The notes: generated by a model not told the origin, from the letters alone. Positions 29,747 to 38,993 are shown, numbered from the stretch's first letter. The stretch is DNA of 64,000 nt from an uncultured Planctomycetia bacterium (GCA_964455085.1 CAYVYJ010000004.1:22714-86713), one strand, 5' to 3'. Translations and numbers: made by a program.

Positions 29747-30715
29747 TTATCTCTTAGCTTTTTTTCGCTTAAATCTTCGGAATCCTGCGAACTCGTAGAT
29801 TGTAAGTTTCTCTTTGCTCTCTAAATAATCGAGCATGATATTAATGCCTAAGCTATCGGAAGCAATATGTGAAGCGAATATTACATTTATTTTAGACTCT
29901 TTACACTTCTTAAAATGCTCCTCAGACTGGTGCATGGCAATTATAGTATCAACTCCACAAGAAGCAAGCTCTTTGTAGATGTCTTTCGGCCCCTCTGTTC
30001 CTCCGGTAAATTCAAGATGAATATTTTTGCAGCGGGAATTCTTATTTCCAACTACTATCTGAGGAGGATTGTTGTTTTTCGCAGCATCAATATACTCAGG
30101 AATAGTTTGCAAAATACCAATTATACTACCCAAGTTTAAAGGTTTATTCTTATCCATAGCTTTTCGTAGATATTGATAAGCAAGATTATCGCAAGGCGTA
30201 TGCATGCAGAGAAAGTTTATATTGAGTAACCGTGCTATATCAACGCTTCGGGAATGATTGGCTGAACTAACTCTCCGAGCAACCTGGAGCTTCCTCTCCT
30301 CTAAGAGTTTCTCACAAACACCCAGGGCTATTCCTTCTTTAGTGAAAACATCGACTTGCAAATCCATCACTTCATAAAAGTTAGCGTAGGCTCGACCTTG
30401 AGGGTGATGTGAAACCACTAAGTCGATTCTTTCCCCTTTTTCTTTTAATCTATCTACGAGAACCAACTCGCTCCCATCAACATCTATTCCCACAATCAAC
30501 GACTTTATGTTGCTTGCAGGGGCACCGCAGAGAATACGGGTGTCGGAAAAAGGGTTAAATAATGAATCTAAGTCAAAGAGATCTCTCCCCTTCTTATCTG
30601 CTTTTTCTAACCTTTGTTGGTTCTTTTTAAGAAGCGCTTCTATTTCTTTACGGTTGCGGATATCAGCCTCAATCCCTTTCTTTACTACTTCTTGATAGAA
30701 ATTTTTTAACTTCAT
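29747..30715 (-). CDS. Nif3/YqfO-family dinuclear-metal protein with N-terminal coiled-coil extension
   Basis: DLVVSHHPQG matches the NIF3 HHP motif, and the C-terminal IFASHIASDSLG resembles the second metal-binding region. The start may be misplaced, since it overlaps cvpA-like by 47 nt. Confidence 0.5.
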   Translation of the reverse strand: MKLKNFYQEVVKKGIEADIRNRKEIEALLKKNQQRLEKADKKGRDLFDLDSLFNPFSDTRILCGAPASNIKSLIVGIDVDGSELVLVDRLKEKGERIDLVVSHHPQGRAYANFYEVMDLQVDVFTKEGIALGVCEKLLEERKLQVARRVSSANHSRSVDIARLLNINFLCMHTPCDNLAYQYLRKAMDKNKPLNLGSIIGILQTIPEYIDAAKNNNPPQIVVGNKNSRCKNIHLEFTGGTEGPKDIYKELASCGVDTIIAMHQSEEHFKKCKESKINVIFASHIASDSLGINIMLDYLESKEKLTIYEFAGFRRFKRKKAKR

Positions 30716-31286
30716 AATATTCTTTTACCTCCTTATTCAATATAATTTCGGGGTTGAATTTATTATACACTTTAAAAGTTGTTAAGTAAATTCTCGGTCC
30801 AACATTTTTAAAAAGATTACAAGCCATACTATGACAAAAATACTTTGAATCAAGCGGGGATAGGTGCAATGAAAAAATGATTACACTGGCAAGAAGCGAA
30901 GCTCTAAAAGCTCCGATAACAAACAATAATACCCTTTCACTAAAACGTTTATCTCCTTTCTTGAAAAAAAATGTTACTATTAATCTCAAAATAGCAAAAA
31001 TCAATGTTATCCCGAGAAAAATCAAGAGAAAGGAAATAAAAAGGAAATATTCCCGGTTCAGGAATGGTGCGTTAGCACTTATGATACCGGATAACGAAGT
31101 ATAATAATGAAAAGCAAAAAAAGATCCTAAGAAAAAACTTAAGACCTTAAAACCTTCCCGCAGAATCCCTCGCGAAATTGAAATGTAAATAACTCTTAAA
31201 CAAAGGATTAAAAAGAATAAATCTATTGCAACTTGGCTAAAACTTGCATCCATTGGTTTAAATGCCACCACTATTGTTGGCTTCAC
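30669..31286 (-). CDS. CvpA-family membrane protein
   Basis: Four to five TM helices; IDLFFLILCLRVIYISISRGILREGFKVLSFFLGSFFA resembles the CvpA N-terminus. Confidence 0.5.
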   Translation of the reverse strand: MKPTIVVAFKPMDASFSQVAIDLFFLILCLRVIYISISRGILREGFKVLSFFLGSFFAFHYYTSLSGIISANAPFLNREYFLFISFLLIFLGITLIFAILRLIVTFFFKKGDKRFSERVLLFVIGAFRASLLASVIIFSLHLSPLDSKYFCHSMACNLFKNVGPRIYLTTFKVYNKFNPEIILNKEVKEYYEVKKFLSRSSKERD

Positions 31287-31510
31287 CCTTTAACAAGGTA
31301 AATAGTATATAGCATACGCACAAAACTTTGTCAAGTAGCTCTTGGTTAACATTTTATAGCCGGTTTTACACCTGAACTGGGCTTAACCATATTGATTTTT
31401 GGCTATGTTTATGGTAAGTTAAAATCAGTGCCTGCAGTGGGCTGTTTTTGTCTTTAAATGATCAAATGCCTACCTTAATGGATAAAGAATAGGGAAAGGA
31501 GAGAAAATAG

Positions 31511-32638
31511 GTGGAAACGGAAACATTTGCTATAGCCTTTAGTGAACGACCCCAGACAGAAGCAATTAAGGAAGTCGCCTTAAAAATAAAATTAGTCTTT
31601 CCTAAAAAGATAGATTATCTGATTATCTTAACCACGCCTGATTACCACCCTGCAAATATCTTAAAAACCGTAAATCTTACTTTAAAACCAAAACGGATTT
31701 TAGGAATACAGTCTCCCCTTTTAATCTTCGAAGACAAACTAATCACAAAAGGCGTTGTCGCCTGTTGCATAAACAAAGAAGGAGTTGAGTTCAACGAAGC
31801 TTTCTCTAAAGCAACGGGTATCGAAGAAATCGAATCTTTCCTGATTTCTTCATTCAAAAAGTTAAGAAGGCAAGATTACGCTTTCTTCTCCTTTGTCGCA
31901 TCTGGAATTGACCCCACTGCCTATTTAAGGGGAGTAAGGCTGGCTTTGGGTAAGTTTTTTGAACTCTTAGGGGGTGGCTTCACCAAGAAATATTCATCCT
32001 CTAACCCCCAGATTATAAATAATACTCCTAATGAAGGACTAATTAATATTGCCATAAAAGGATTGCGGGTACGTTCATTAAGGTTAGGGGGATATGTGCC
32101 CTTGGGTAAACCTTTCACGATTACTAAAACCACTTCCAACCGAGATGTGATTATAGAAATAGATAACCAACCGGCGATAAATATTTACCAACACTACCTA
32201 GAAGAGAAATTTGAACCCTTTGTAAAAAACCGCCTTTTTTCTTTCTACCCCTTAGGAATCAGCACTGGTGGTTCTTTAAGACTTATTAATATTCTTGACC
32301 GGTTAGAAGACGGATCTTTAATCTGTAGGGGCGAAGCAAAGGAAGGGGGGACTGGACACATTATGTTCCTTGATGCTGCCGTTCCTTCAGAAACTTTAAA
32401 AGACAAATTAGCCCCCCTAAGAAACAATGGACAAGGACTAACTTTTATTATAAACTCTTTAACAAGAAAAAAAACTTTGGGGGAGGGTGCTAAGCAGGAA
32501 ATAGCCTCGATAAAGAGGACTTTAGGCGATAAATCAAAGGTGATCGGGCTATATGCTGACTATTCCTTTGTCTTCGATAAAGAAAGCGGAGACATTGATA
32601 TCGAAACCGGCAATCTCCTCATAACTATGTGGGAATAA
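31511..32638 (+). CDS. FIST-domain sensory protein (GTG start)
   Basis: 375 aa with architecture and size typical of FIST_N+FIST_C. GGAAAGGAGAG RBS. Immediately upstream of the histidine kinase. Confidence 0.5.
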   Translation: METETFAIAFSERPQTEAIKEVALKIKLVFPKKIDYLIILTTPDYHPANILKTVNLTLKPKRILGIQSPLLIFEDKLITKGVVACCINKEGVEFNEAFSKATGIEEIESFLISSFKKLRRQDYAFFSFVASGIDPTAYLRGVRLALGKFFELLGGGFTKKYSSSNPQIINNTPNEGLINIAIKGLRVRSLRLGGYVPLGKPFTITKTTSNRDVIIEIDNQPAINIYQHYLEEKFEPFVKNRLFSFYPLGISTGGSLRLINILDRLEDGSLICRGEAKEGGTGHIMFLDAAVPSETLKDKLAPLRNNGQGLTFIINSLTRKKTLGEGAKQEIASIKRTLGDKSKVIGLYADYSFVFDKESGDIDIETGNLLITMWE

Positions 32639-32639
32639 C

Positions 32640-34100
32640 ATGATTAACGATTTATTATCACTTGGCCCTCTAGCTAATTTGGTGATTATATTGTCCGGCG
32701 TAGTCGTATTCCTGATAGTTTTCATTGCCAAAAAAATGAAAAATGTTGCTACTTTACGAAAGGAAACAAATCACTCAAGAAAGGTAATTCAAGATTTGGA
32801 TCAGCAGGCAAAATTAATTATAAAAAGTGACATGGAACTAAAATTGTCGCAGCAAGAGATAGAGAATGAACTTAATAAATTGTCCTTAATAAAGAATTTG
32901 CTCATCTCTTCTATCTTCACCTTAGACAGCGATAAGCTCTTCTTGGCCATAGATAAAGAAATTATAAATGCTCTGGGGTTTAAGAAAGGTTTGATTCTCG
33001 ATTTTAATAACTTACAGGAGAAGATCAATATCGGTTTTGAGGCTCCTGACGTAGAAACATTCCAGACAGTTTTTGAAAACAAAAAGGAATTATTGAAAGA
33101 TGTACGGTTCTTGCATCCGGATTCTGAAACTTATAAGAATCTATTCCCTTCAAGCAGGGGCAAAGACATTCTTATTGCCCCGGTAAAAACAAGAGAATTT
33201 ATCTATGCTATATTTATAGTATCTGAACTTACCCTGCATGCTGAAATTCAACAATCAGAAGAAGAAGCATTCTTAATCGTCTGTATGTATCTTAGCCAGT
33301 GCCTTGATAATATACGGCTGTTTGAAGATCTCTACCATACCAAGGATAATCTGGAAAAGAAGATTAAAGAGCGAACTAACGAGTTAGTTAAAAGTTTGAG
33401 AACAATCGAAGTTATCAGTAAAACAAAATCTGACTTCATCTCCAGCGTGTCTCACGAATTAAGAACTCCTCTTACCTCGGTGAAAGGATTTTCTTCCTTG
33501 CTAGTGGGTGAGAAATTTGGTAAATTACCTGCTGGAGCAAGAGAAAGGTTAGCTAAGATTGATGCAAACGTAGACAAACTCATGACTATTGTAAATACTC
33601 TCTTAGACATTTCCCGCATTGAATCAGGCAGGATGGAAGTAAAAACTGCACCATTTGAGATTATAAAATTGATTAAAGATGTAGCAGATTTCCTGAGTCC
33701 CCAAATAGAATCAAAAAAAATCGCCTTGACTTTCAACCTCCCTAAAAGCCTAAATGTGTATATGGATAAAACTCTCATTGAAAGAGTCTTAATCAATCTT
33801 ATAAATAATGCTTTAAAGTTTACACCCTCGGGAGGAGAAATAAAGCTAACTTGTGTTCGGAAGGATAAACAGGCTCTTATCTCGGTAGCCGATACCGGTT
33901 GCGGTATGAAGGAAGAGGATCTGGCAAGAGTATTCCAGGAGTTTTTTAGAGCTAGCAATCCTTCAATTACTAAGATTGAAGGAAGCGGTTTAGGGCTTTC
34001 TTTAGTGAAGAGAATTATTGACACTCATAAAGAAAAAATATGGGCTGAATCTAAACTGGGCAAGGGTACGACTTTCTATTTTACTTTAAGAGTAGCCTAA
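32640..34100 (+). CDS. Sensor histidine kinase (TM, coiled coil, GAF-like, HisKA, HATPase_c)
   Basis: SHELRTPLTSV H-box, N-box NLINNALKFT, G-boxes DTGCGM and GSGLGLS. Confidence 0.85.
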   Translation: MINDLLSLGPLANLVIILSGVVVFLIVFIAKKMKNVATLRKETNHSRKVIQDLDQQAKLIIKSDMELKLSQQEIENELNKLSLIKNLLISSIFTLDSDKLFLAIDKEIINALGFKKGLILDFNNLQEKINIGFEAPDVETFQTVFENKKELLKDVRFLHPDSETYKNLFPSSRGKDILIAPVKTREFIYAIFIVSELTLHAEIQQSEEEAFLIVCMYLSQCLDNIRLFEDLYHTKDNLEKKIKERTNELVKSLRTIEVISKTKSDFISSVSHELRTPLTSVKGFSSLLVGEKFGKLPAGARERLAKIDANVDKLMTIVNTLLDISRIESGRMEVKTAPFEIIKLIKDVADFLSPQIESKKIALTFNLPKSLNVYMDKTLIERVLINLINNALKFTPSGGEIKLTCVRKDKQALISVADTGCGMKEEDLARVFQEFFRASNPSITKIEGSGLGLSLVKRIIDTHKEKIWAESKLGKGTTFYFTLRVA

Positions 34101-34101
34101 A

Positions 34102-35031
34102 ATGTATAAATTAAAAATATTAATTGTTGATGATAACCCCGATATTTTGGACCTTCTGGAAGCCACTCTTCAGGATGAGTTTGAACTGATAAAAGCCGCC
34201 AGCGGTAACCAGGCCCTGGAGAAGCTAAAGAGTGAAAATCCTAATTTTTTGGTTTTAGACTATGTACTCCCTGATTTAGAAGGCCCGGAAATTTGCAAGA
34301 TAATAAGAAAAGACCCTCTATTTCTAAATACGCCGATACTTATGCTTACCGGAAAAGGAGAAGTAGAAGATAAGGTAGACGGGCTTGAGGCCGGAGCCGA
34401 CGATTACATGCTAAAACCATTTGACCCCCAAGAACTAATTGCCCGAATTAGAATGCTTATAAGACGCTCGGCAGCAAATTTAGACGCTAACCCTTTAACT
34501 CGCCTCCCAGGAAATGTGTCAATCAATAAAGAGTTAACTGAAAAAATACACCGCAAAGAAAAGTTTGCTGTACTTTATATCGATATCGATAACTTTAAAG
34601 CTTTAAACGACTACTATGGATTCGGAGAAGGAGATAACGTGATTAAAGAGACGGCTCGAATCCTTATCGATTCTATCCAAAAAAAGGGAACTGCTAGAGA
34701 TTTTGTGGGGCATATCGGAGGAGATGATTTTGTTATTATCGCAACTCCTGAAAAAGCAGAAGTAATTGCTAAGAAGATACTTGCAGACTTTGACAAAGTT
34801 GCTCCGACCTTCTTCGAAGAAGAAGACCGCCTAAAGGGCTATATTGAAACAAAAGGACGTGATAATCAAATCCATAAATTTGGTTTTATCACTGTATCTA
34901 TCGGAATCATTACTAATACAAAGCAAAATTTTACTCACACTGCCCAGATAAATTCTGTGGGGGCAGAGATGAAAAGTCTGGCCAAAAAATTCCCAGAAAG
35001 CAAATACATACTGGATCAGAGAAGCTCTTAA
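34102..35031 (+). CDS. Response regulator: REC domain plus GGDEF-type domain with a GGDDF motif
   Basis: REC (ILIVDDNPD ... LDYVLPD ... K105). GGDEF domain with NPLTRLPGN, IDIDNFKALND and RDFVGHIGGDDFVII. Confidence 0.8.
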   Translation: MYKLKILIVDDNPDILDLLEATLQDEFELIKAASGNQALEKLKSENPNFLVLDYVLPDLEGPEICKIIRKDPLFLNTPILMLTGKGEVEDKVDGLEAGADDYMLKPFDPQELIARIRMLIRRSAANLDANPLTRLPGNVSINKELTEKIHRKEKFAVLYIDIDNFKALNDYYGFGEGDNVIKETARILIDSIQKKGTARDFVGHIGGDDFVIIATPEKAEVIAKKILADFDKVAPTFFEEEDRLKGYIETKGRDNQIHKFGFITVSIGIITNTKQNFTHTAQINSVGAEMKSLAKKFPESKYILDQRSS

Positions 35032-35047
35032 ACAAAAACGCAGAATA

Positions 35048-35073
35048 AATGAACTCTAATGCGAGGGTGGCGG
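35048..35073 (+). repeat. 26-bp partial copy (2 mismatches) of the tRNA-Leu 5' junction (AATGAACTCTAATGCGAGGGTGGCGG)
   Basis: Direct repeat of 35188-35213, lying 140 bp upstream of the real tRNA 5' end. Confidence 0.6.
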
Positions 35074-35199
35074 TAACAGCTCTTGCGCAGCAAGACAATT
35101 AGTTATCAATATAACAGTTAGCTGTTCCCGCAAAGGATAGAAGATGAAATTAAAACTGTATATCGGGCAACCAGTCAATCATAACCAATGAATCTTAAT

Positions 35200-35283
35200 G
35201 CGAGGGTGGCGGAATTGGCAGACGCACTAGCTTGAGGGGCTAACGGTAGCGATACCGTAGGGGTTCAAGTCCCCTCCCTCGCA
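35200..35283 (+). tRNA. tRNA-Leu (anticodon GAG), type II with long variable arm; no encoded CCA
   Basis: GCGAGGGTGGCGGAATTGGCAGACGC...GGGGTTCAAGTCCCCTCCCTCGCA is near-identical in architecture to E. coli tRNA-Leu. Anticodon loop TTGAGGG gives GAG. Confidence 0.85.
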
Positions 35284-35362
35284 TAGTCTTATTTAATCAG
35301 AAAGCGGCGGCGGACAAAAAAGTCTGTGGTATAGCATAAGATATTTTGGATCCAATAATACC

Positions 35363-35383
35363 GGTTGAGGCTAAGCCTCAACC
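35363..35383. repeat. 21-bp perfect palindrome GGTTGAGGCTAAGCCTCAACC (9-bp stem, 3-nt loop), copy 1
   Basis: Identical copy at 60900-60920; variant GTTGAGGTCAGACCTCAAC inside the repeat at 36934-36952. Confidence 0.6.
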
Positions 35384-35438
35384 GATCGCCTTCGGCGAGA
35401 TTGGATATAAGTCTCCTCCCTTGCACCAATAATAAGAA

Positions 35439-36203
35439 ATGGCAAAGATTATTTTTCTAGGAACTTCTTCAAGTATCCCGACAAAGAAAAGAGATAACAC
35501 TTCTTTTATCTTCACTAATAATAAACTTACCCTTTTAATCGATTGTCCTGGATCAATAACCCAAAAACTTTTAAAAGTTGGATTGAGTTTCAAAACAATA
35601 AAAAAGATTATTATCACCCACCAGCATCCTGATCATATTTATGGGATAATTTCGCTTATCCACACCCAGGCTTATTTCAATAATCTCTTAACCATATTTG
35701 CTAATCAAGCTTCTATTAAAGTCATTAAAAAACTAATAAAATTATTCCAGCTCGATGAGCCCCAATACCCCAAAATAAAATACATTAACGTATTTAAAAG
35801 AAAATTTTTTCTTCGCCAAGGTGGTATTGAGATAGCCGCGATAAAGAATCGCCACATCCCTGGTTCTTTTGGAGTAAAAATATCCTTTTCCAAAAAGAAA
35901 CTTTTTTACAGCTCCGACACTGCCTTTTCCCAAAAAATGTTAAAGCTAGCCGGTTACATCGACTACCTTATCCACGACTGCACTGCCTCATCTTCATATT
36001 TTAAAGTTCATCCTTCCCTAAACAGAATGCATACTTCATCCAAGGTTCTCAGCGATTATCTAAAGACTTGTCCGAAAGTAAAGCTAATTCCCGTACATTT
36101 TCTTCTCCAGAATAAGAATGAGGAGCGAAGAATAAAAGAGGAATTGCGGCCGATAAGGGACAAGATTATTTGGCCAGAAGACCTTAAAACAATTGTTCTT
36201 TAA
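35439..36203 (+). CDS. MBL-fold metallo-hydrolase, ribonuclease Z-like (short form)
   Basis: IIFLGTSSSIP ... LLIDCPGS ... IIITHQHPDHIYGI (HxHxDH). Downstream of tRNA-Leu. Confidence 0.55.
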   Translation: MAKIIFLGTSSSIPTKKRDNTSFIFTNNKLTLLIDCPGSITQKLLKVGLSFKTIKKIIITHQHPDHIYGIISLIHTQAYFNNLLTIFANQASIKVIKKLIKLFQLDEPQYPKIKYINVFKRKFFLRQGGIEIAAIKNRHIPGSFGVKISFSKKKLFYSSDTAFSQKMLKLAGYIDYLIHDCTASSSYFKVHPSLNRMHTSSKVLSDYLKTCPKVKLIPVHFLLQNKNEERRIKEELRPIRDKIIWPEDLKTIVL

Positions 36204-36844
36204 CGTTGGTGTTCTAAGACAACTATTCTTTTAAAAGAATCTATGTTTTGCTGGCTAATATCTAAAGAAACTTTCTTCTCGTAATCGGGATTAAGATTTA
36301 GGAACTTCTCCACCCGGTCAATATCAAACCCCAGTTTAGAAGTCTTGTAGTGCATGGGAATGGTAATCTTAGGGACAATCTTTCTTAAGAAATCACTGGC
36401 TTCCTGAGCTCCGATTGTAAATGTCCCTCCTACTGGAATTAAAGCAATATCGATATTAGAGAAAGGGGCCAAGTCAATGTCTTTCGTTCCTAAATCTCCG
36501 AAGTGAACGATCTTTAAGCCCTCGACTTGAATAACAAAAATTATATTGGGACCGCGAGCCCTACCTCTCTCTTTATCATGATAGGATGGTATACCTTGGA
36601 TCTCAAAATCCTTTATCTTAAGCTTACCTTCTTTATCTACAACTTGAGCGGTTTTAAACTCCTCGGTGTGGTTGTGATCAGCATGCTGATGTGAAACAGT
36701 AACAATATCAGCCTCAAGATTAATTGGATCATAACCTACTGCTCCTCCGTATCCACCAGACTCATAAGGGTCAGTGATTAACCTAATCCCTTGGCTGGTC
36801 TCTAATAGAAAACAAGCATGGCCTAACCAACTTATCTTCATCAT
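36200..36844 (-). CDS. MBL-fold metal-dependent hydrolase (UPF0173-like)
   Basis: MKISWLGHACFLLE ... VSHQHADHNH motifs, 214 aa. Confidence 0.7.
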   Translation of the reverse strand: MMKISWLGHACFLLETSQGIRLITDPYESGGYGGAVGYDPINLEADIVTVSHQHADHNHTEEFKTAQVVDKEGKLKIKDFEIQGIPSYHDKERGRARGPNIIFVIQVEGLKIVHFGDLGTKDIDLAPFSNIDIALIPVGGTFTIGAQEASDFLRKIVPKITIPMHYKTSKLGFDIDRVEKFLNLNPDYEKKVSLDISQQNIDSFKRIVVLEHQR

Positions 36845-36918
36845 TATATCTCCTATAGTTCTTTTACCATTTTTACTACTTTATTTTATAAAAGCTTATA
36901 TCCCCTATCAAAAATATT

Positions 36919-36984
36919 GATGGATACAATATTTGTTGAGGTCAGACCTCAACAGCTCCGCCTTTGGCGGAGATTGTATACATT
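36919..36984. repeat. Structured intergenic repeat element, copy A (outer arms GATACAAT/ATTGTATAC enclosing two hairpins including CTCCGCC-N3-4-GGCGGAG)
   Basis: Shares GATGGATACAAT ... GCTCCGCC(T)...GGCGGAGATTGTATACATT with 45629-45686. It abuts the stop codon of the upstream minus-strand gene. Confidence 0.6.
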
Positions 36985-37660
36985 ATCCGCTCCCTTCTTG
37001 GGTCTTTATTAATTCCTCTAAGATACTTCGAGATATCCCAATATCAACTATAGATATCTCACCGCAAAGACTCGGGCCTTGGTTTAGATAAAACCCTCTC
37101 TTGGCGGCAATAAAACTTACTGTGTAGTCAGCTTTGATTGCTTGGCCTAAAACTACTCCTTGATCCGGAGATAACCCTGAAGGGATATCGCATGATACTA
37201 CTTTCCTGCCGCTTTTATTGATCAAACCAATAACTTCGTGCAGGAAAGGACTAACTTCCCCTTTTACTCCAATTCCTAAAATGCCTTCAAGGATAAAGTC
37301 TCTATCACCAAAAAACTCTTTAAGCTTGGGAGCATTGCTGCTGGTAATCGAGTGGACTCGGCAACCTATTTTCGCAAGCAGGTCTCTTTGAAAAGCTGCC
37401 TCTGGCCCTAACTGCTTATCTTCTAATGCTACTATCACCAGATCATAACCATTTGATAAGAGCTTGCGGCTGCAACTTAAGACATCGGCACCATTATTAC
37501 CCCTACCGGAAATCACCAAAGCTCTTTTGCCTAAATCCAAACTGTCAATAACCTTAAAGAGATTACTGGCTGCATTCTCAATCAGTATTCTCTCCTCTAG
37601 GCCAATTTTTTTAGCTAAAGTTTCGAGCTCTCTTAGCTTGCTTGTGCTCAAGCCACTCAT
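36983..37660 (-). CDS. nnrE: NAD(P)H-hydrate epimerase (YjeF N-terminal domain)
   Basis: GRGNNGADVL matches the GxGNNGGDG motif, 225 aa. Confidence 0.7.
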   Translation of the reverse strand: MSGLSTSKLRELETLAKKIGLEERILIENAASNLFKVIDSLDLGKRALVISGRGNNGADVLSCSRKLLSNGYDLVIVALEDKQLGPEAAFQRDLLAKIGCRVHSITSSNAPKLKEFFGDRDFILEGILGIGVKGEVSPFLHEVIGLINKSGRKVVSCDIPSGLSPDQGVVLGQAIKADYTVSFIAAKRGFYLNQGPSLCGEISIVDIGISRSILEELIKTQEGSG

Positions 37661-37711
37661 TTGCTAATCCTTTATCTTTTACGGTCTTTTAATCAAGGAA
37701 GGCGTCGGTCT

Positions 37712-38707
37712 TTAGTGCGCTTCTTTATCTTTGTCTTTCTTCTTAAACAAATCCAAAAATCTATCTTCATATTCTTTGTAAACATTCCAATGGTCAAGTT
37801 CGCTCTTCAGTTGATTAGCCAAAGTTATATCTTTTTCGGACTCCTTAAAAAGATTATCTATCTTTTCGCGGATTGATTGAGGCAGCTTGGTGTAGGCAGC
37901 TAAATCATTCTTTATCTTATCGATGTCTTCATCGCTTAAAGGACTGTGTTTAGAAGAAGGGGTTTCTCCTTTTAAGTAAGTGATAAGCTTCTCTATTTCA
38001 TCCTCAATGAATTTACTTCGTGCGGCTATAGAAGAAAGATTTAGATTTAATTTAAGATACTGGTTGATTACATCTAAAATACCATTAGTTGCTTTAGGGT
38101 TCTCGATCTGGACGGTATAGAAAGGTATTTCCCCTAACAAACACACTCCTTTTACGCCTTTCTTTTTTCCCACTCCTAAGATAATACCGTTAAGACCACT
38201 TATCTGTCCCGCTTTTAAAACCTTTAGATTAAATTTCTCAAAAGGTTTTAAAGACTCATTATGAGTGGCGGCTAACCAGACCATAGGCTTAGTTTTGTGG
38301 TCAATAGCTTCGGGTTTGGCAGCGAAAGTAAACATCAGTTGTACCCTATATTTCTTTATGAAGTTAATGATCATTAAAGAGAGAGCTTGGGCATGCTCAA
38401 GCGGAGGTTGAACTTCGCCTAAGAAAAGAATTATGTCCGGCGAATTCTTACCCTTGTAATAGTAGAAGAATCCTGCCGGCATATCAGGGATGGTAATAAC
38501 TCCTTTATCTACAGCTACTGCTGCCGGTTTAAAAAACTGATGGGCCGTGAGTTTAGCAAAAACCTTAAACCCCAAAACTTCCTTTAGGAAGAGTGAGGCG
38601 CGATAAGCTACCTCTCCCATTCCTGGCCAGGCAGCGATAAAAATTGGATTTTTTAGCTTAGGTGTTGCTATTTCTTTAATCATCCTAAATACTCTACCAT
38701 AAGTCAA
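37712..38707 (-). CDS. PAC2-family-like protein with C-terminal coiled-coil tail
   Basis: IFIAAWPGMGEVAYRAS N-terminal pattern resembles the PAC2 family. Weak, recollection-based. Confidence 0.35.
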   Translation of the reverse strand: MTYGRVFRMIKEIATPKLKNPIFIAAWPGMGEVAYRASLFLKEVLGFKVFAKLTAHQFFKPAAVAVDKGVITIPDMPAGFFYYYKGKNSPDIILFLGEVQPPLEHAQALSLMIINFIKKYRVQLMFTFAAKPEAIDHKTKPMVWLAATHNESLKPFEKFNLKVLKAGQISGLNGIILGVGKKKGVKGVCLLGEIPFYTVQIENPKATNGILDVINQYLKLNLNLSSIAARSKFIEDEIEKLITYLKGETPSSKHSPLSDEDIDKIKNDLAAYTKLPQSIREKIDNLFKESEKDITLANQLKSELDHWNVYKEYEDRFLDLFKKKDKDKEAH

Positions 38708-38855
38708 ACAAAAAACAAATAAAAAAACCCCACCTTTTATCCGTTACAGGCGATCGCTATCAGTCCCTCGATATACAAGTGGGCACCGCATCATTACCGC
38801 CCAAACGATAAGAGATATTGGCTCCCTAATAAGGGTGTTGGCTGTAGCGCTCTTA

Positions 38856-38887
38856 CCTGCTGACGCAATAGGCAGGGTTTTGTTTCG
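38856..38887 (+). terminator. Plus-strand intrinsic-terminator-like hairpin (ACCTGC-N11-GCAGGGT) followed by TTTGTTTCG
   Basis: Read from sequence. It has the wrong orientation for the flanking minus-strand genes, implying a short plus-strand transcript ending here. Confidence 0.3.
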
Positions 38888-38993
38888 CCTTGTTGTCTTC
38901 AGGTTAAACTTATTATACCCCAAGTATCCTCTATTTTCAAGATAGCTACTAGCCGGCTACAAAAAACCACTCTCAGGTGAATCAAAACAATCT

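Noticed and set aside
31287-31510. Specific -35/-10 promoter calls in the divergent cvpA-like / FIST intergenic region
   Set aside because: Several weak TTGNNN ... TANNNT candidates exist in this AT-rich stretch, and none is convincing without transcript data.
35048-35283. Integrated prophage or genomic island at tRNA-Leu or tRNA-Arg
   Set aside because: The duplicated tRNA ends are only ~140 bp from the genes, and no integrase, transposase or phage genes occur in the window. The duplications are reported only as scars or duplications.
38708-38760. Minus-strand terminator for pheST at AAAAGGTGGGGTTTTTTT
   Set aside because: A T-tract is present, but I could not find a complementary GC-rich stem immediately upstream on the minus strand.
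38740-38890. SRP (4.5S) RNA, 6S RNA or tmRNA in the pheT-downstream gap
   Set aside because: It lacks the conserved SRP domain-IV motifs (AGGUCAGG ... GGAAGCAGC), and its size and structure do not fit 6S RNA or tmRNA. It is kept only as a generic possible sRNA.
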